A stretch of 64,000 nucleotides of DNA from Tubiluchus corallicola (lineage: Eukaryota > Animalia > Priapulida): assembly GCA_030141605.1 (NCBI GenBank), contig JAQGDQ010000253.1, positions 13,618-77,617 of the forward strand, written 5' to 3'. Of the stretch, positions 27,601 to 40,200 are shown in pieces. Below the pieces are notes generated by a model. It made no database searches. It was not told the DNA's origin and saw nothing but the letters and a program-made list of their open reading frames with translations. The translations under genes were made by a program, and so were the position numbers. Positions within the stretch are counted from its first letter, which is position 1. Each line of letters opens with the position of its first letter.

Positions 27601-29059
27601 AAGATAAGTATGATTTTGCCGGACTGCTTATGTTACTTACTACTTAATGCGTGATAATGGCTACTCGTGCACGAAGATAAATTCATCATAATGTGACGAT
27701 GCGAGAAAAATTAACATATAAGGTTTTGCAGGTGAAGGAAGTCAAACAACAACATCATAACATTGACGTTACGTTACTGGTGTTGATCGGTGAAAATCAA
27801 GACAGCGCCCAAAAACTAGATCAGTCAATAAAAAAATGTCACCCCAACTTTTGGCATGGCAGTCTTATAAAACGTTTTGAAAAATTCGACGAGATTATGA
27901 TACTTGGGCCTGTATTTGTATGTATCTGAGAAATATGGCTGCCATTCGCCTCTAGCAAACAATGACTGTTAAGAACTCTCATCTACCTTTTGTCTTTTCT
28001 CCTACTGAACGAAAACGCAAGTGTGGAAAAAGCCGAGATGGCAGACAAGACTTTCTCCATCAAATTAATTAAAATGAAAGAAAAAGCGACAGCAAATGTC
28101 AACAATCACGCAAGTTTTCCTGGTAACACCAATAGCTGCACTTAAATAGAGCGATTAATTCAATAATTAATTTAATGTGGCTTGCCGAAATGCACAATTG
28201 AAACCCGATGTTGTTCTTCCTTGGGTGTAATCACCCACTTCGTGCCAGTTCGCACTTTGCCAGTGTTATATATCGCCAGTGAATCGTATCGGCAGTGTGT
28301 CATTTCGTCAGTGTATCATTTCGTCAGTCTATCATTTCGCCAGTAGATACTAGAAATAGAACAAATGACGCAAAGACAATGTGATGCACTGGCACTTTAT
28401 ACCACTGATGCTTATTTAACGCACGTGGATTTTTTTGTAGTATATATTGTATTTTGTAACATGGTTTTACCATCAGTGACCTTTACATATTCAAAGCATC
28501 ATGCTTGCGCGCACAAACTTTACACAGCATTGCACACAGTCGATCATGTGCATCTTTTATTCAGAAACTTTGCAGACATCACAGGCGCCTCCAGAAACTA
28601 TCAATAAATCCTATTCGATCTTATTATCTTCTGTTTAAGCATTCCGTAATAACTCATGCAGAACTTATTTTAACAGAGCTGCCACTAAGTGGATGTACGT
28701 GGCACACAAGTAAGGGTATTTTCCGGCTATAAATAATAAATGAAAAATAATTGCGTTATGCCGCAAGGTATTTTCAAGAGCGCATTCTGACATCATTGCA
28801 AAGGAATCAATTAATAACGTTAAAATACAAACGTGCCGCCAAAATTAAGTAATAACAACTTTTTACTTAATCAGAAACTTAAAAAATATGCTGTTAATGT
28901 AGCGTATTTATGTGGTCGGCCAATGCCATTATGTCGACACTGTCGACGACTTTGGTAATAACTGATGCAAAGTGATATAACCAGCAATTACTGCAGCAGT
29001 AAGGTAGAGTTGCGCTTACTTTAAAATGCTGCTACTTTAAATTTCGGTACGTGTACTTT

Positions 29060-29620
29060 TATTTTCTACATGCTAGAAAACTGACTAAAAACTTGTTTTT
29101 AACTATTTTACAGTAAATATTAGCTTTGAAACGTTTCGGCACAACCCTTTGGCCATTCTCAAGTACCTAAAGATTAAAACTTAAAATTCTAAAAACAGCA
29201 CAAATATAGAACATAAGTATCGTAGATCATTACACACTTGAAACAATGATGGCGCAATAGAATTCCCCTGTTTGTTCAGTCGTATTTGATTTTGCATTTC
29301 TGAACAAGAGAAATAAGTAAAGTTTGATTTCAGCCCAGTGCATTCTCTCAAGCGAATCCCAACTGCCAAATGATCCAACTCTCTGGTGTAAATAGCGAGT
29401 GGTGTAATCCACATTTGAAGCGATACCCCAGGGACGATGAAGTTACTAACTCAGACTTCTTTTCATCATCGAAAATAATCCTCCACTTTTCCACTTATAA
29501 AACACTCGACTAATGTGTAACCCGAATATGTCACTTATTACCAATATCCAAATTTGAATTTGTGTGAATGATTTTCATCTTAATAAAAGGCAGGATAATT
29601 TTGCTTTTTCCTTGATGGAT
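29060..29620 (-). mobile_element. Penelope-like retroelement remnant (GIY-YIG end plus pLTR)
   Basis: Ordered minus-strand fragments KIILPFIK...VFISGKVEDYFR...NFIVPG...ASNVDYTTRYLHQRV...RLNKQGNSIAPSLF fit the PLE pattern LPFIG...VF...YxFxCxxCxASYVGxTxRHLxxR...PxLNxQ. They are followed by CTTGAGAATGGCC...GCCGAAACGTT (29163-29130). Confidence 0.75.
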
Positions 29621-29681
29621 GAAACAGACGGATGCTGCTCAATTGTTCAAACGCAAACAAATTCAAGTGCATATTATATAA

Positions 29682-30008
29682 GGGCACGTTCAGACTAGCG
29701 AGTTCTCTCGCCAAGTTAACTCGCTATAAAACTCATCAAGTAACGCAAGCGTATTCAGCCTAGAAACCAAAACTTGGAGCCAGCTACTCTCCGACAATAT
29801 ATACGACCTGACACTTAATTCCTTATTCACGCTGCAACAAACTCGCCGATTCGTTCACACTATACAGTAACTCGCAGGAAACCAACTCGCGGCAACTGTT
29901 GGAGAGTTTGCAATAACTTGCCGGCAGTAACTCGCAAAGCTGTTCAGACTTACGAGTTTCTGTCAGAGAAAAATTTGGCGACAGAAAACAGCTAGCTTGA
30001 ACGCGCCA
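29682..30008. mobile_element. PIF/Harbinger-type MITE
   Basis: TIRs GGGCACGTTCAGACTAGC and reverse-complement TGGCGCGTTCAAGCTAGC, with TAA on both sides (29679-81 and 30009-11). Internal AACTCGC subrepeats. Confidence 0.7.
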
Positions 30009-31369
30009 TAAAGCACTTGCCACAAAAAATCTGGAGCCAGAGCTGAATAAACGACGCTTAAGCTCAAGAAAGCTGCTTTTTGATTTTGAATGCTAAACTT
30101 TATCTTTAGATGCTTAAAAAAGACCAGAGTCTGTAGCCAAAACGTTGCAAAATTGTTAGAAAGCACCAAAATTAGAATTGCTTCAACTTATTTGGCGATG
30201 TCAGCTATTTCCAAATTATGACCTTGATCTCTGGCCTTTAATCATTTCCCTTCTTATACATGTCAGATGGAGAAGACGTCGATATAAAAAAACAGTTCTG
30301 GTAATTGTAAATGCATTGTCCAGCCATGGGCAAAATAAGGACGGTCAAGCTAGAATCTCCGAACGATGGTCGGATAAACAAATTGATAGAAAGAAACACT
30401 GTACTTTCCTCGGCCCGCTAGCTGATTATTATGTACAATAGACCGCAGCCGGGAGTTCATATCCTCAAAGGACAACATCCCTATAAGCTCCGCGCATGCA
30501 TTAATGCAGTCCATTTAAATTTAAACCCTACACGCATCCATTAAAGCGATTACAATTATATAATACGCACAATAAAATTAGGTGAATTACTTGGAAATTT
30601 GCGGCGTCTAATATTCACAAAGGTACAATTAGAACCATTCATTAGCGCGCTTTTATGACGAATCTGTTGTCGTAATTCTACTCTAACGATGCGTTAAAAT
30701 TGTGAAATATAAACTTGTAAAACGGATTGGCAGCGCTTTGCGTAATTAGTGTCAGAAAATATTAGGGTCGCTTTACATTTTATTTAACTTTTTTAATTTA
30801 TGCGCTTTCTTTTTTCTAGAAAATGATCGATCAAATCGCCTGTGATGATGAAGTCACCAGCACATCGAAGATAATCATGTTAAAAGGCAAGTTGTACAAG
30901 TGATTGCCGCTATTACTAGATAGCACAGCAATTGTAATCGCTAAACAAAAAATCGTTATATTTTTTATTTTTATCAGCACATTGTTTGGCTGTGACAGGC
31001 TGACAGCATCAGTATTATCAATGAAACTGTAAAGACCATAATTAGATTCGCTCCATCGCCATTCGTCCTGTTCCTATTCCTCTCCGGCTTCCTCCTGACT
31101 TACCATCATTATCATTGCGATAACGATCACAAAGTTGCTTGTTATTTGTTTTAGCAATACAAGAGTAAAATGATTGACTATAAAAGTTTTCCTAACAGCA
31201 CCAGTGTCATCAATGCACATATTTTTATTATCGAATTATTTTTCTAAATCTCATCAAAGTTCTTGCAAACACTGATACTACATAATCAACCTCGTTACAG
31301 TTAAAGTTGCCGTCATGTCATTCATTTTCACTGCATACCTTAAAACCGTCATTGTAACTACTGTTCAAC

Positions 31370-31735
31370 TTCATCGACATTATCATCGACACTATCATCA
31401 CCACTACCAACAACAACACTATGTGTCACAACACCATCACTCTACTATCACCATTACCATGGCCATCACAACCCAGCACACCAACACTGCCGCCGTTGCC
31501 GCCACAGACACTGGTGATATTGCTACCACCATTACCACTATGCACACACATACACATAGAATCAGCACCAACAACAATACTCCACCATCAACACGAACAC
31601 CCCACCACGTACACCATCACCATCACTGACACTGCCACTACCACCGCAGCCGCCAATGCGACTGCCACTACTACCAACACCGCCACCGCCGCCACCGCTC
31701 ACGCCAAAATTGACACCACTGCCGCTACTTCAGTC
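31370..31735. repeat. Degenerate CAC/CAT/GCC trinucleotide low-complexity tract
   Basis: Directly visible; explains the His/Thr/Ala-rich ORFs at 31315-31629 and 31421-32146. Confidence 0.85.
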
Positions 31736-31852
31736 ACCAAACGATGTTGGTTATGTTTAAATGATTTAACTTGCAAAGTTGAAAAGCTCTTAATGCAAAT
31801 TTTTAACGTAGTCATTATTTTACGGAAGTTTTGGAAGCACAACAGATCTTAC

Positions 31853-31954
31853 CTTCTTTTCTTCTTTTTCTCTTCTACTTTTGTAATAGGAAGCCATCGT
31901 CGTTCCCAGCCCGAAATATTCAAACCGACTACACGGTCCTTCTGTGGTCAGCAT
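31853..31954 (-). CDS. Candidate first coding exon (MLTTEGPCSRFEYFGLGTT-MASYYKSRREKEEKK, phase 0)
   Basis: Consensus donor AAG|GTAAGA. The second ATG (31897) has an ideal Kozak context ACGATGG. A possible acceptor TTTCTAG ending at 32061 would give a UTR-containing exon 32060-31853 with elevated GC. Confidence 0.4.
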
Positions 31955-34900
31955 ATCGGATCGTGTCCAACTCTTGGAATAGTTTTAAAGAAAGTTCTAA
32001 GGTGGATGGCCATCGCGTTTGAATGCGTCAAACTGCTCGACGCAGCGTCACCACTTGAAACTAGAAATTTGAGGCTATCTTGTCACAAACGCAGATTAAT
32101 CTTACTTGACAAAGTATTCTTCTGTGCTTCTTTGATTTTGATTTGAACGTTTGCAGTAATTGTTACCTAAACATATGGTAACACAAAAAAGTTTCATTGT
32201 TGATAAAGTGATGGTCAAGTTAAGACCTAATGAATAACTGCTGAGTGGTCGAATCAAGTGACTTTGTAATGAAAACATGTCAACCTAAGTGCACATCACA
32301 CAAGCACCAAATGTGAAGACCTACACGCAATACATATGATTGAGTGAGTCGTAGTGGAGACCCCATATGTCAGCTGATCAATATTACATTAAACATGACT
32401 AGGTGGAGGAGCAAAAGTGAACGGAGGAGTAATTAAAGCGATCTGATTGATTTTTATGTAGAAAGCAAAAGTCAATGTGCGGCTTGTTCAGTGTCCGCTG
32501 TTCTTGACTTCACTAAACTTGACTTCTATGTAGGCAATGTTAAAACTGGCTTTTCAAAACATTCATTGCAAATTCAAAGGTCACTGCCAAAGGCAACTGA
32601 GCTGTTAATGGCATCATCATCATTGCCATCGTAATCATAACCGTTGTTGCTTTTAATTGCTATCACTGTTGTCGTCATTGTTGTTACCGCTGTTGTTGTA
32701 GTCAATGTTGCTTTCTGTGCTACTGCAGTTATTAGTGTATTAGTGCATACAACCTTGTATAGGCTATTGAAGCACTACTGTTCGTACTATATGGTGTTCG
32801 ATAAAGCGACGTTTCGCTTACTTTTTACAACCGTTTGATTTTTTACAAGATCGCTGCACGGTAAAAACACTCTCGAGATTTCACGCGTCGAGAAAATGTG
32901 ACGCGTCTCCGTCAACAAACGTTATTCTAGTTGACAGGAAGCATAATCGTGCGCTTTTTAGCACACCATGTTTAATGGCATGAAGTCTACTAAAAGATGA
33001 AATAATCGTTGTTTGACCTGTATGACAAATATCACTGCAGCCTGTCACTGACGTCAACAGGCAGCTTCAAAACAACATTAGTCTTCATCTCGCTGCAAAC
33101 ACCTAGATAAAGTCGCTTTTCATTACAAAGACCGGAAAAAAATTTTGATTTCAAAATCACGCAAACTCGTATTAGAAAAGTCGAATACGTGCAAATTATA
33201 GAATCGAACCGATCAACAAAATGGTAAATCTTGCCTTACAATTTATAAGCAGTTAAACTACGTAAAACGTCTAAAAACTTGATGAAGTTTCTAGATTACT
33301 TTCGAAGCAACGCGATATTCAAGAAACTACATTAAGAACTAAATTGTCCTCCGTACATGAAATATGCAGAGCACCAATAGAAAACTAACTCACATTAATT
33401 AATCCTGAAGAGTTTTTCGCTCAGCAAATAAACGCTTATCAGTCAGCCGCTATCTCTTTGATGTTCTGCATAACAAAATGCCGCGTATGTAACAAACATG
33501 TTTGGCTTCGTGCAAGTGCGAGCCAGTGAATATCTTCACAGAATCTTGACAGTTTCAAAAGAGGTTGGTGTAACAAGGTCCATTCATGGTAAAGAAGCTT
33601 TCTTTCGGAGTTGATTGATCACTCGGTTCTTTCATTGCACTACAGGGGAGAGGATGAGCTGGTGGTGGAGTGTCTTTTTAATAATCCGGTGTTAGTTCAT
33701 ATTATTTCTGCTAAAGATTACATAATGAACACTTTCCAAAGGCTGTTCCAAAATACCCCATAATTATTCTGTTGCAAAGTTAAAGTGTCACTTTAGAAGT
33801 CTTTGGCCGCCTCCCTTTTGGTCAGAATTGCGTTGGTTCATCCGAAAACATATTGGATACATTATGCAAAGGGATGGATGTAGTAGTATATGAAGTGTTT
33901 GAAGAACGCTGGACATCTGTCAGGTCCGGTCCAAAACGACATTAAAAACGGATGATATGTAATTGGAAATTTGAACTTTGTCCTGATGATGAGAGGCGCA
34001 AAAATGGCAAAAATGGTTGGACCCTTGCGGCGCTGCGCTCAAGCAAATCAGGCGAGCATTTTGATTCATTAATACATCAGTAGGGGCCCATCTTGATTCC
34101 ATTTAGTCAGCATTATAGGTCAATTTTCTTACATAAGAGCGAAGAAAACAGAAGAAATCAAGCCCCGGTCATTAATCGATTACTATAAGACGCGTGAGTC
34201 ACTCTTATGGGCGGACAGAAAGCACGAAATTAGCATAAAATAAAACAATAGCGCCAACTAACTTGAAAGCAACAGATTGGCAATCCCTTTTCATTGCAAT
34301 ATTGATAATTAATTATGCGTCCTTAGCACTTTTGCAAAAAAGTTTCTATAAAACACAAGAATTAATTAATATATTAATTCAGATCCGCCCTGTCCAAGTC
34401 AAAGAAACTCCAGACAACCTGACTCCAGATAAGTTCCCGAAACCAGATCATAGTAACGACTTATCATTTATTTTGTCATGCCAAATTACGTTCGCTTTTT
34501 GTTTGTTTTTTCTAAGAGTATTTTTGGTGATAACATGAAATTTAGAAAAAACTCTCTAAAATTCTTCCATTAGGTATTGATTCCAATTTAATATCCCGCA
34601 ATCCACAATACACTATCCAATGTACTAGAGCACTCACTTTAACGATTTATAAAACTTCTTGTTTTACAAACACAAGTTATTCTCATAATTTGAAAGCTAA
34701 ATTCCACTGACATAGATCTTGACATCGGTGCCAAAATTATTAATCGGCATCGATTATGTTTAGACCATTTCTTAAATTTAGAAAATTTAGGTTGGTTCGT
34801 TTAGGATCAGCTCATAGTGTTAAGTTTACCGTATCGGTCAGTTTTTAGTTCAACAACATTAGCAATTATCGGCTTCGGATCAGATCTGTAAAATTACCAA

Positions 34901-36306
34901 CCAGTGACACATTTCTGCAGCAAAATCGCAAATGAATGATTTCATTTAGACTCGAGTCAAATAATTACAGACTTCACGCGCTCGGTCATCTTTGATACAG
35001 ATGTGTGTATTATTTCAGTGGGACATTAATTTCCTTTTCTGCCGAAATATCCCTTACATCTGGAAGCTATGGAAAGCAGATTTGCACAACCGTACTGAAA
35101 TAGTACGCTTCGGCAGCGCGCATGCGCAAACATTTATAGCAAATTATTTATACAGTTTCTGTTAGCAACTTCTGTTAAATCAAATTTTGAAAAATAATAA
35201 AAATAGACATTTATTAAGATTAAAATGTTCTGCCATCATACTAAAATATTTAACAAGTTTCACGAGTTCGATGTTAGAAATTGCTGAACATTCGAAGAAA
35301 AATATGTCTAGATAGTACTTACTGGGAACTTCTACTCAAGTTTCTTCTAATATTACTATTGTTAGTATTTACAAAGTTTCTTTGGTGTTTGTGATCTCTC
35401 AACAATTTTTTTGCATTACAGGTAACTGGAGGGCTGTCAGGCCATGGCTCTTGACCCACTGGTCTTCCATCACATTTTTGGCTCTGACACAGTTCCTCGT
35501 GCGGCTTTTCCTCCTTTTTCTAATCATTCGAATCAATTACCACTTTCCCCAAAAACGATAATCGCTTTACTAAAAACAAACCCCGACTTTAATGCTTATT
35601 ATCTACACATTGACCCCAGACTGTACATTAAACCCAAATTTGAACACTAATAACAGTGAACTAAACCACATTGAGGAAAACAAGTATGCACATAAATGGG
35701 GTTCAATAATTATCAGGCCGAGAAGTAAAATGTTAAGTGACGCTAAGAAGTCGATAATCAAGACCTCATGAGCAGAAGATCTATTGCGCCAAGTGATGAA
35801 TTGATGTAGCGTGACAAAGATCGATACCCGCGTTATGACAATTTGCAAAAGATAAAAGTGTAATTTGTTTAACAGCAACTTCCAATAACTGAAATGGAGA
35901 CAATTTTTATAGTTGAAAAACTCAGAATAAAATAACTGTACAGCCAATAAGAGACAATAATAAAATAGTGAAAGCAAAACAGGAAATGAGTCGTCAGATA
36001 AGTTTCTCGAGTTTAGTCTCTAATTTCCTACCTTAACTCCCAATATGACACACAGCCAGGTGAACAAAATTCAGTAAATTCATATTAGCTAACAATAAAG
36101 TAACGGCAGCAAAAAATCAAAATAATTACAAAACGAAACAATTTTCTTAAGACTGATTAATTAATCTCAGTTATATTCACTGAAACACGGGGTGCTTCCC
36201 TTCCAGAAGACATTTGACATGTGCAACTTTAGCTAATAATAAAGTCAATTGAATAGTTTTAAGTAAAAAGCTCGTTTAGACATTGGACATTACTTTCTAT
36301 ACTTAC

Positions 36307-36384
36307 CGTTTTCAGAAGCGTCCTGGCGCTTGAGAATTCAGCAACAGGTGAGCAGACAAGGTGGATGTCAGCTTTTGAATTCAT
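36307..36384 (-). CDS. Candidate first coding exon (MNSKADIHLVCSPVAEFSSARTLLKT, phase 0)
   Basis: AAGATGA start, 26 open codons, consensus donor ACG|GTAAGT. Confidence 0.35.
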
Positions 36385-36959
36385 CTTTAAACATCAAAGA
36401 AAATTTACGTAGTAAAATCTTATCCAAAAGTCCATTTCATTTTTTCACGAAAAATCTTCGTATCACAAAATTTTCATTCAAAAGTAAAATTCTCACTTAT
36501 TTCCCGTGCTCTGTGAAAATCTATAAATTTATTCACGCATTTATTATAATTTGATCGTGACATCAAATTTCACCTTACAGGGGGCAATTTTATCAGCATT
36601 TTTAATGTTCTTAGAAAAGCTTGACACACTGTTATATGTATTGCCGGCATATCTTCCAAAAATAATGGCAAGAACACATTTGAACTAACAACCAGAGCTG
36701 TGTATTTTTCTTGTCGTGCGAATTTTTCCTCCAACACAATTTCTGTTTTGCGCGCGTGAACCCAAAGCAATAAAATAAATCAGAAGAGACAACCAAGTTC
36801 CAATGAAACAACAGATTCAAGCAGATGCAAATAACTGTTCAAAATAAGCGCGAAGGTCAGTTTAAAATTTGAAGCAAATATTTTTACTTATATTCATCAG
36901 TTTCTAGTTTAAATAATGGTAACTCCATACCGTACAATACCATAGTACAAAACAGATTT

Positions 36960-37250
36960 ATCTCTTGAACGCCTGTCCGAATAATATCAAAAGCGAGCAA
37001 GTGTGCGTAGAAAGGTTAAACAGAACCACATACGTCTTTGAAATTGTCAAACTGTCTCGACTGAAAATTCTATATGCTCTTCATCTGCAGCTAAAAGAGA
37101 AAATACTAAGCAACACAACTGCAAACCAATACAAAACACTTGTATCAGTGCTAACACCATACTTATTAGGCTCTGTTTTTTATAAACAAAAAAAAATTAA
37201 CCTTTGCTGATGATGCACTTGTGAAGATTACAACAGAAAGCGCACAGTAT
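36960..37250 (+). mobile_element. Probable Penelope-like 3' remnant
   Basis: The frame LNACPN...FEIVKLSRLKILYALHLQ resembles the PLE endonuclease C-terminus (F.IL...LxILEALxI). It is followed by CTGATGATG..TTGTGA-AGA-TTACAA..GAAAGC at 37207-37241. Confidence 0.45.
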
Positions 37251-40200
37251 TTACTAACCAAAACTCTATGACAGTATGTTAAAATGAATAGATGTAACTG
37301 TTGGGATGTCTAGAGCTTCAAAAGCTTGTCCGATTTGAAATTACATCATTTCCGCTGACAACAGATTGGGCACAATATCCTCATTTCCGTGTTGCACAAA
37401 TAAACAAACAAACAAATAAAGCTAAATAAATGGCTTCAACTTGTGCCATCAGGGAGAGAACTTCCAAATGGGAAGCCAATGCTACTATTTTATAGTACGC
37501 CGATAACTCCATAGTATAAACACACGCCAACGCGAAGTAGATTAAGGCTTTGAGAACCAAAGAATTCCTTCGTCATAAGTTCTTAATAGAAATGCGCCGG
37601 AAGGCTGGCTGCATCAGTACCACATGCGGAGGTAATGTTTGTGCAGACGCTGTTTACTTTTCATGTTGTACTGCACACAATAATAACGCTTCAAAAGATT
37701 AGAAAATCATAACAACCTACACGTATTTAACAAACTGGTTCTTTGATTAATATGAAATACTAGTATGAAATGTTAGTATGTAATTAGTATGATTAGTGTT
37801 AGTACTTGAACGGTTAGGAAATGCATGTCCTACATTGCACCTTATAATTATTGTCGCCACATCCACATCCACAATGGCTTACACTGTTATTCTAGACCAC
37901 AACTGCTAACATGGTGTGTTTAATGTACTGCGTAATTCTAACGTAATTAGTTGTACTCCACTAAAGTAAATATGCATACAAAATGAAATCCCGCTTTTTT
38001 GAGATAATTGATTAGGACGATAAACATGTTTGTCAAAAAATATTAAAGAAAAAATTGCCCACGATTTAGTATATGTTTCCTGGGATTTTAAAATTACAAT
38101 AATAATGTACCATACTTTATATGCTAAATCATAATAATAATAATAGATCTAATATTATAAATGTTGACGCTTGTTTTTACACTACATTGACTACCCAATA
38201 GTAAAGGAGAACCCAAAGTGATTTCGGTAGGTCCAGCCACTACTGTGCTCTCACACTTAATAATTAACTGCTAGCCAACAAGAGCGATAGCAATACAGTA
38301 GAATGCTACAATAATGAACAAAAAAATTTGTCACTATTCTATATATTCTCCAAAAAATATCCTTATCTGGACTGTGATGCATTCAAAACACGAAATCTTC
38401 AAAACATTTTAAACAATGGCACTTTGTTTTACAACATTTTAATTACAGCTCTGCTAATTACGTTGGCAATAACACTTGTCGTCTTTCTTGATGCAACTAT
38501 AAAAGAAAACTGTTAACAAAATGCCGCAAGATTTTTTAAACTTTCTCACTGAACTACAGTTTTTATAGCATGACGCACTTGATATTTGTAGTAGAAATGG
38601 GCGCTGACAAATGTTCGACAACTAGATGGTTGCGATTTTTGGGTACGATAAAAGTTGCAAGACAAAAGTTGGAAATGTCTAAGCCCTTACATTAGGCTGT
38701 ATCATCTAAAATTTCATTCGATTCACGCCTGTCGTGTAAAATTGCTGTAAAATGAAGCAAATGAACAACTAGAGAAACACTAGAATAGATAAACATTAAC
38801 CGACACGCGAGCATTGTAAACACAGCCAAGCGGAAACAACGCATGACTCATTAATTTAATCAAAGCTATCACTAATGAACGGTGGAAAATAACCTCTAGG
38901 AAAACCACGAAAATTCGCAGTTAATGCATAACAAAAATTTAAAGAATAACAGCGAAAATTACGTCTTTAGCGCAAAAATATTATTATTACAATATAATAT
39001 CGTAATAGATATATGAATTGTAATTAATGTGTTGTGTTTTGACTAACCGCCAAAGACATGATCTGCATTTTTGGCAATGGCACACTGACTCACCCACTGT
39101 TAATTTTCTTGATGTCAATATTGTTATTCAAATCCAATGTTATTGCTTTGACGGGTTTTGTTCCTGAAGCGTACCATGAAATGGAGGCGACACCCTAGTC
39201 TATCAGTGACACCCATCCCATTCAGGAAAAATAATGAGAATGTGATATTGATATCAGAGCCGCCTTTTTTCAGACAATACAGGCTCATCTTTGTGCTTAC
39301 TAACAAACACTCGGGTTTCGTGGTTTTCATTGCTTGTCTTAGAAACCTTATAAGCCATAAAAACCTTAAAAATATAAACCTTAAACTCGTTATATTTCAT
39401 TTCGTAAACTTCCTCATTTGTCGGTTTAGACAATTTGGCGCCTCTCGGGATTTAGCTTTTAGACGGGCGCCGCGCTAAATCCTTTCGTTAACAATTTACT
39501 ACTTTGTTATCGCAAATTTTTCTTTGTAAAGTAGTTCATTTATTTCAGTCTGTAGCTGAAGAAAATATTCCCAAAAATCAACAATATGCTTAAAGTAACA
39601 AATTGGCAGCCTGATAACCTCCACGATGTTATTACTTTTTTACCATTCATTAACCATTTTGATCAGATTTGCAGCTGCGGCACTGTGGTAAAAAGATCGG
39701 GAAAATGTGTAGCAGCACCATTGCAGCCTTCTAAACAACACTATTGCATTTTCAGTAGCATGAAATGCGCATTTTAAAAAACTTTCTGGTAGTCAAACAA
39801 GATCTTTGGAACAGCGTTTTGAATGTCTTTTTTTTGAAGGTAAGATAAAATCACAGCCAACAAATTAGCCATAGACTTATGAAAGATAATTCATTCAAGA
39901 ATTTTTCCGCTATAGGAAATCACTTGAATCAGTTTGAATTTTGTACTTGCCAGAAGGCCATTTAAATCTGGAATAACAGTGTTTTACACAGAACTAGAGG
40001 AAGGAACTATATAAAAACGTACATCGAACAAGATATTTTTTGCTAAACGACTAAAGGAACCAGCGAAAATTGGATTATCTCCAACATTCTTTAAACTAGA
40101 ATTCTAGATTGTTCTGGAATTGTTCTAGAAATTTTACCAGTATCGTTCTGTATACATCTTTATATATCATCTTTATATATATATATATATCACCTTCCTA

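Noticed and set aside
31315-32146. His-rich 104-aa and 241-aa plus-strand ORFs
   Set aside because: Driven by CAC/CAT/GCC low complexity; no domain recognised; splice signals in the distal part favour the minus strand.
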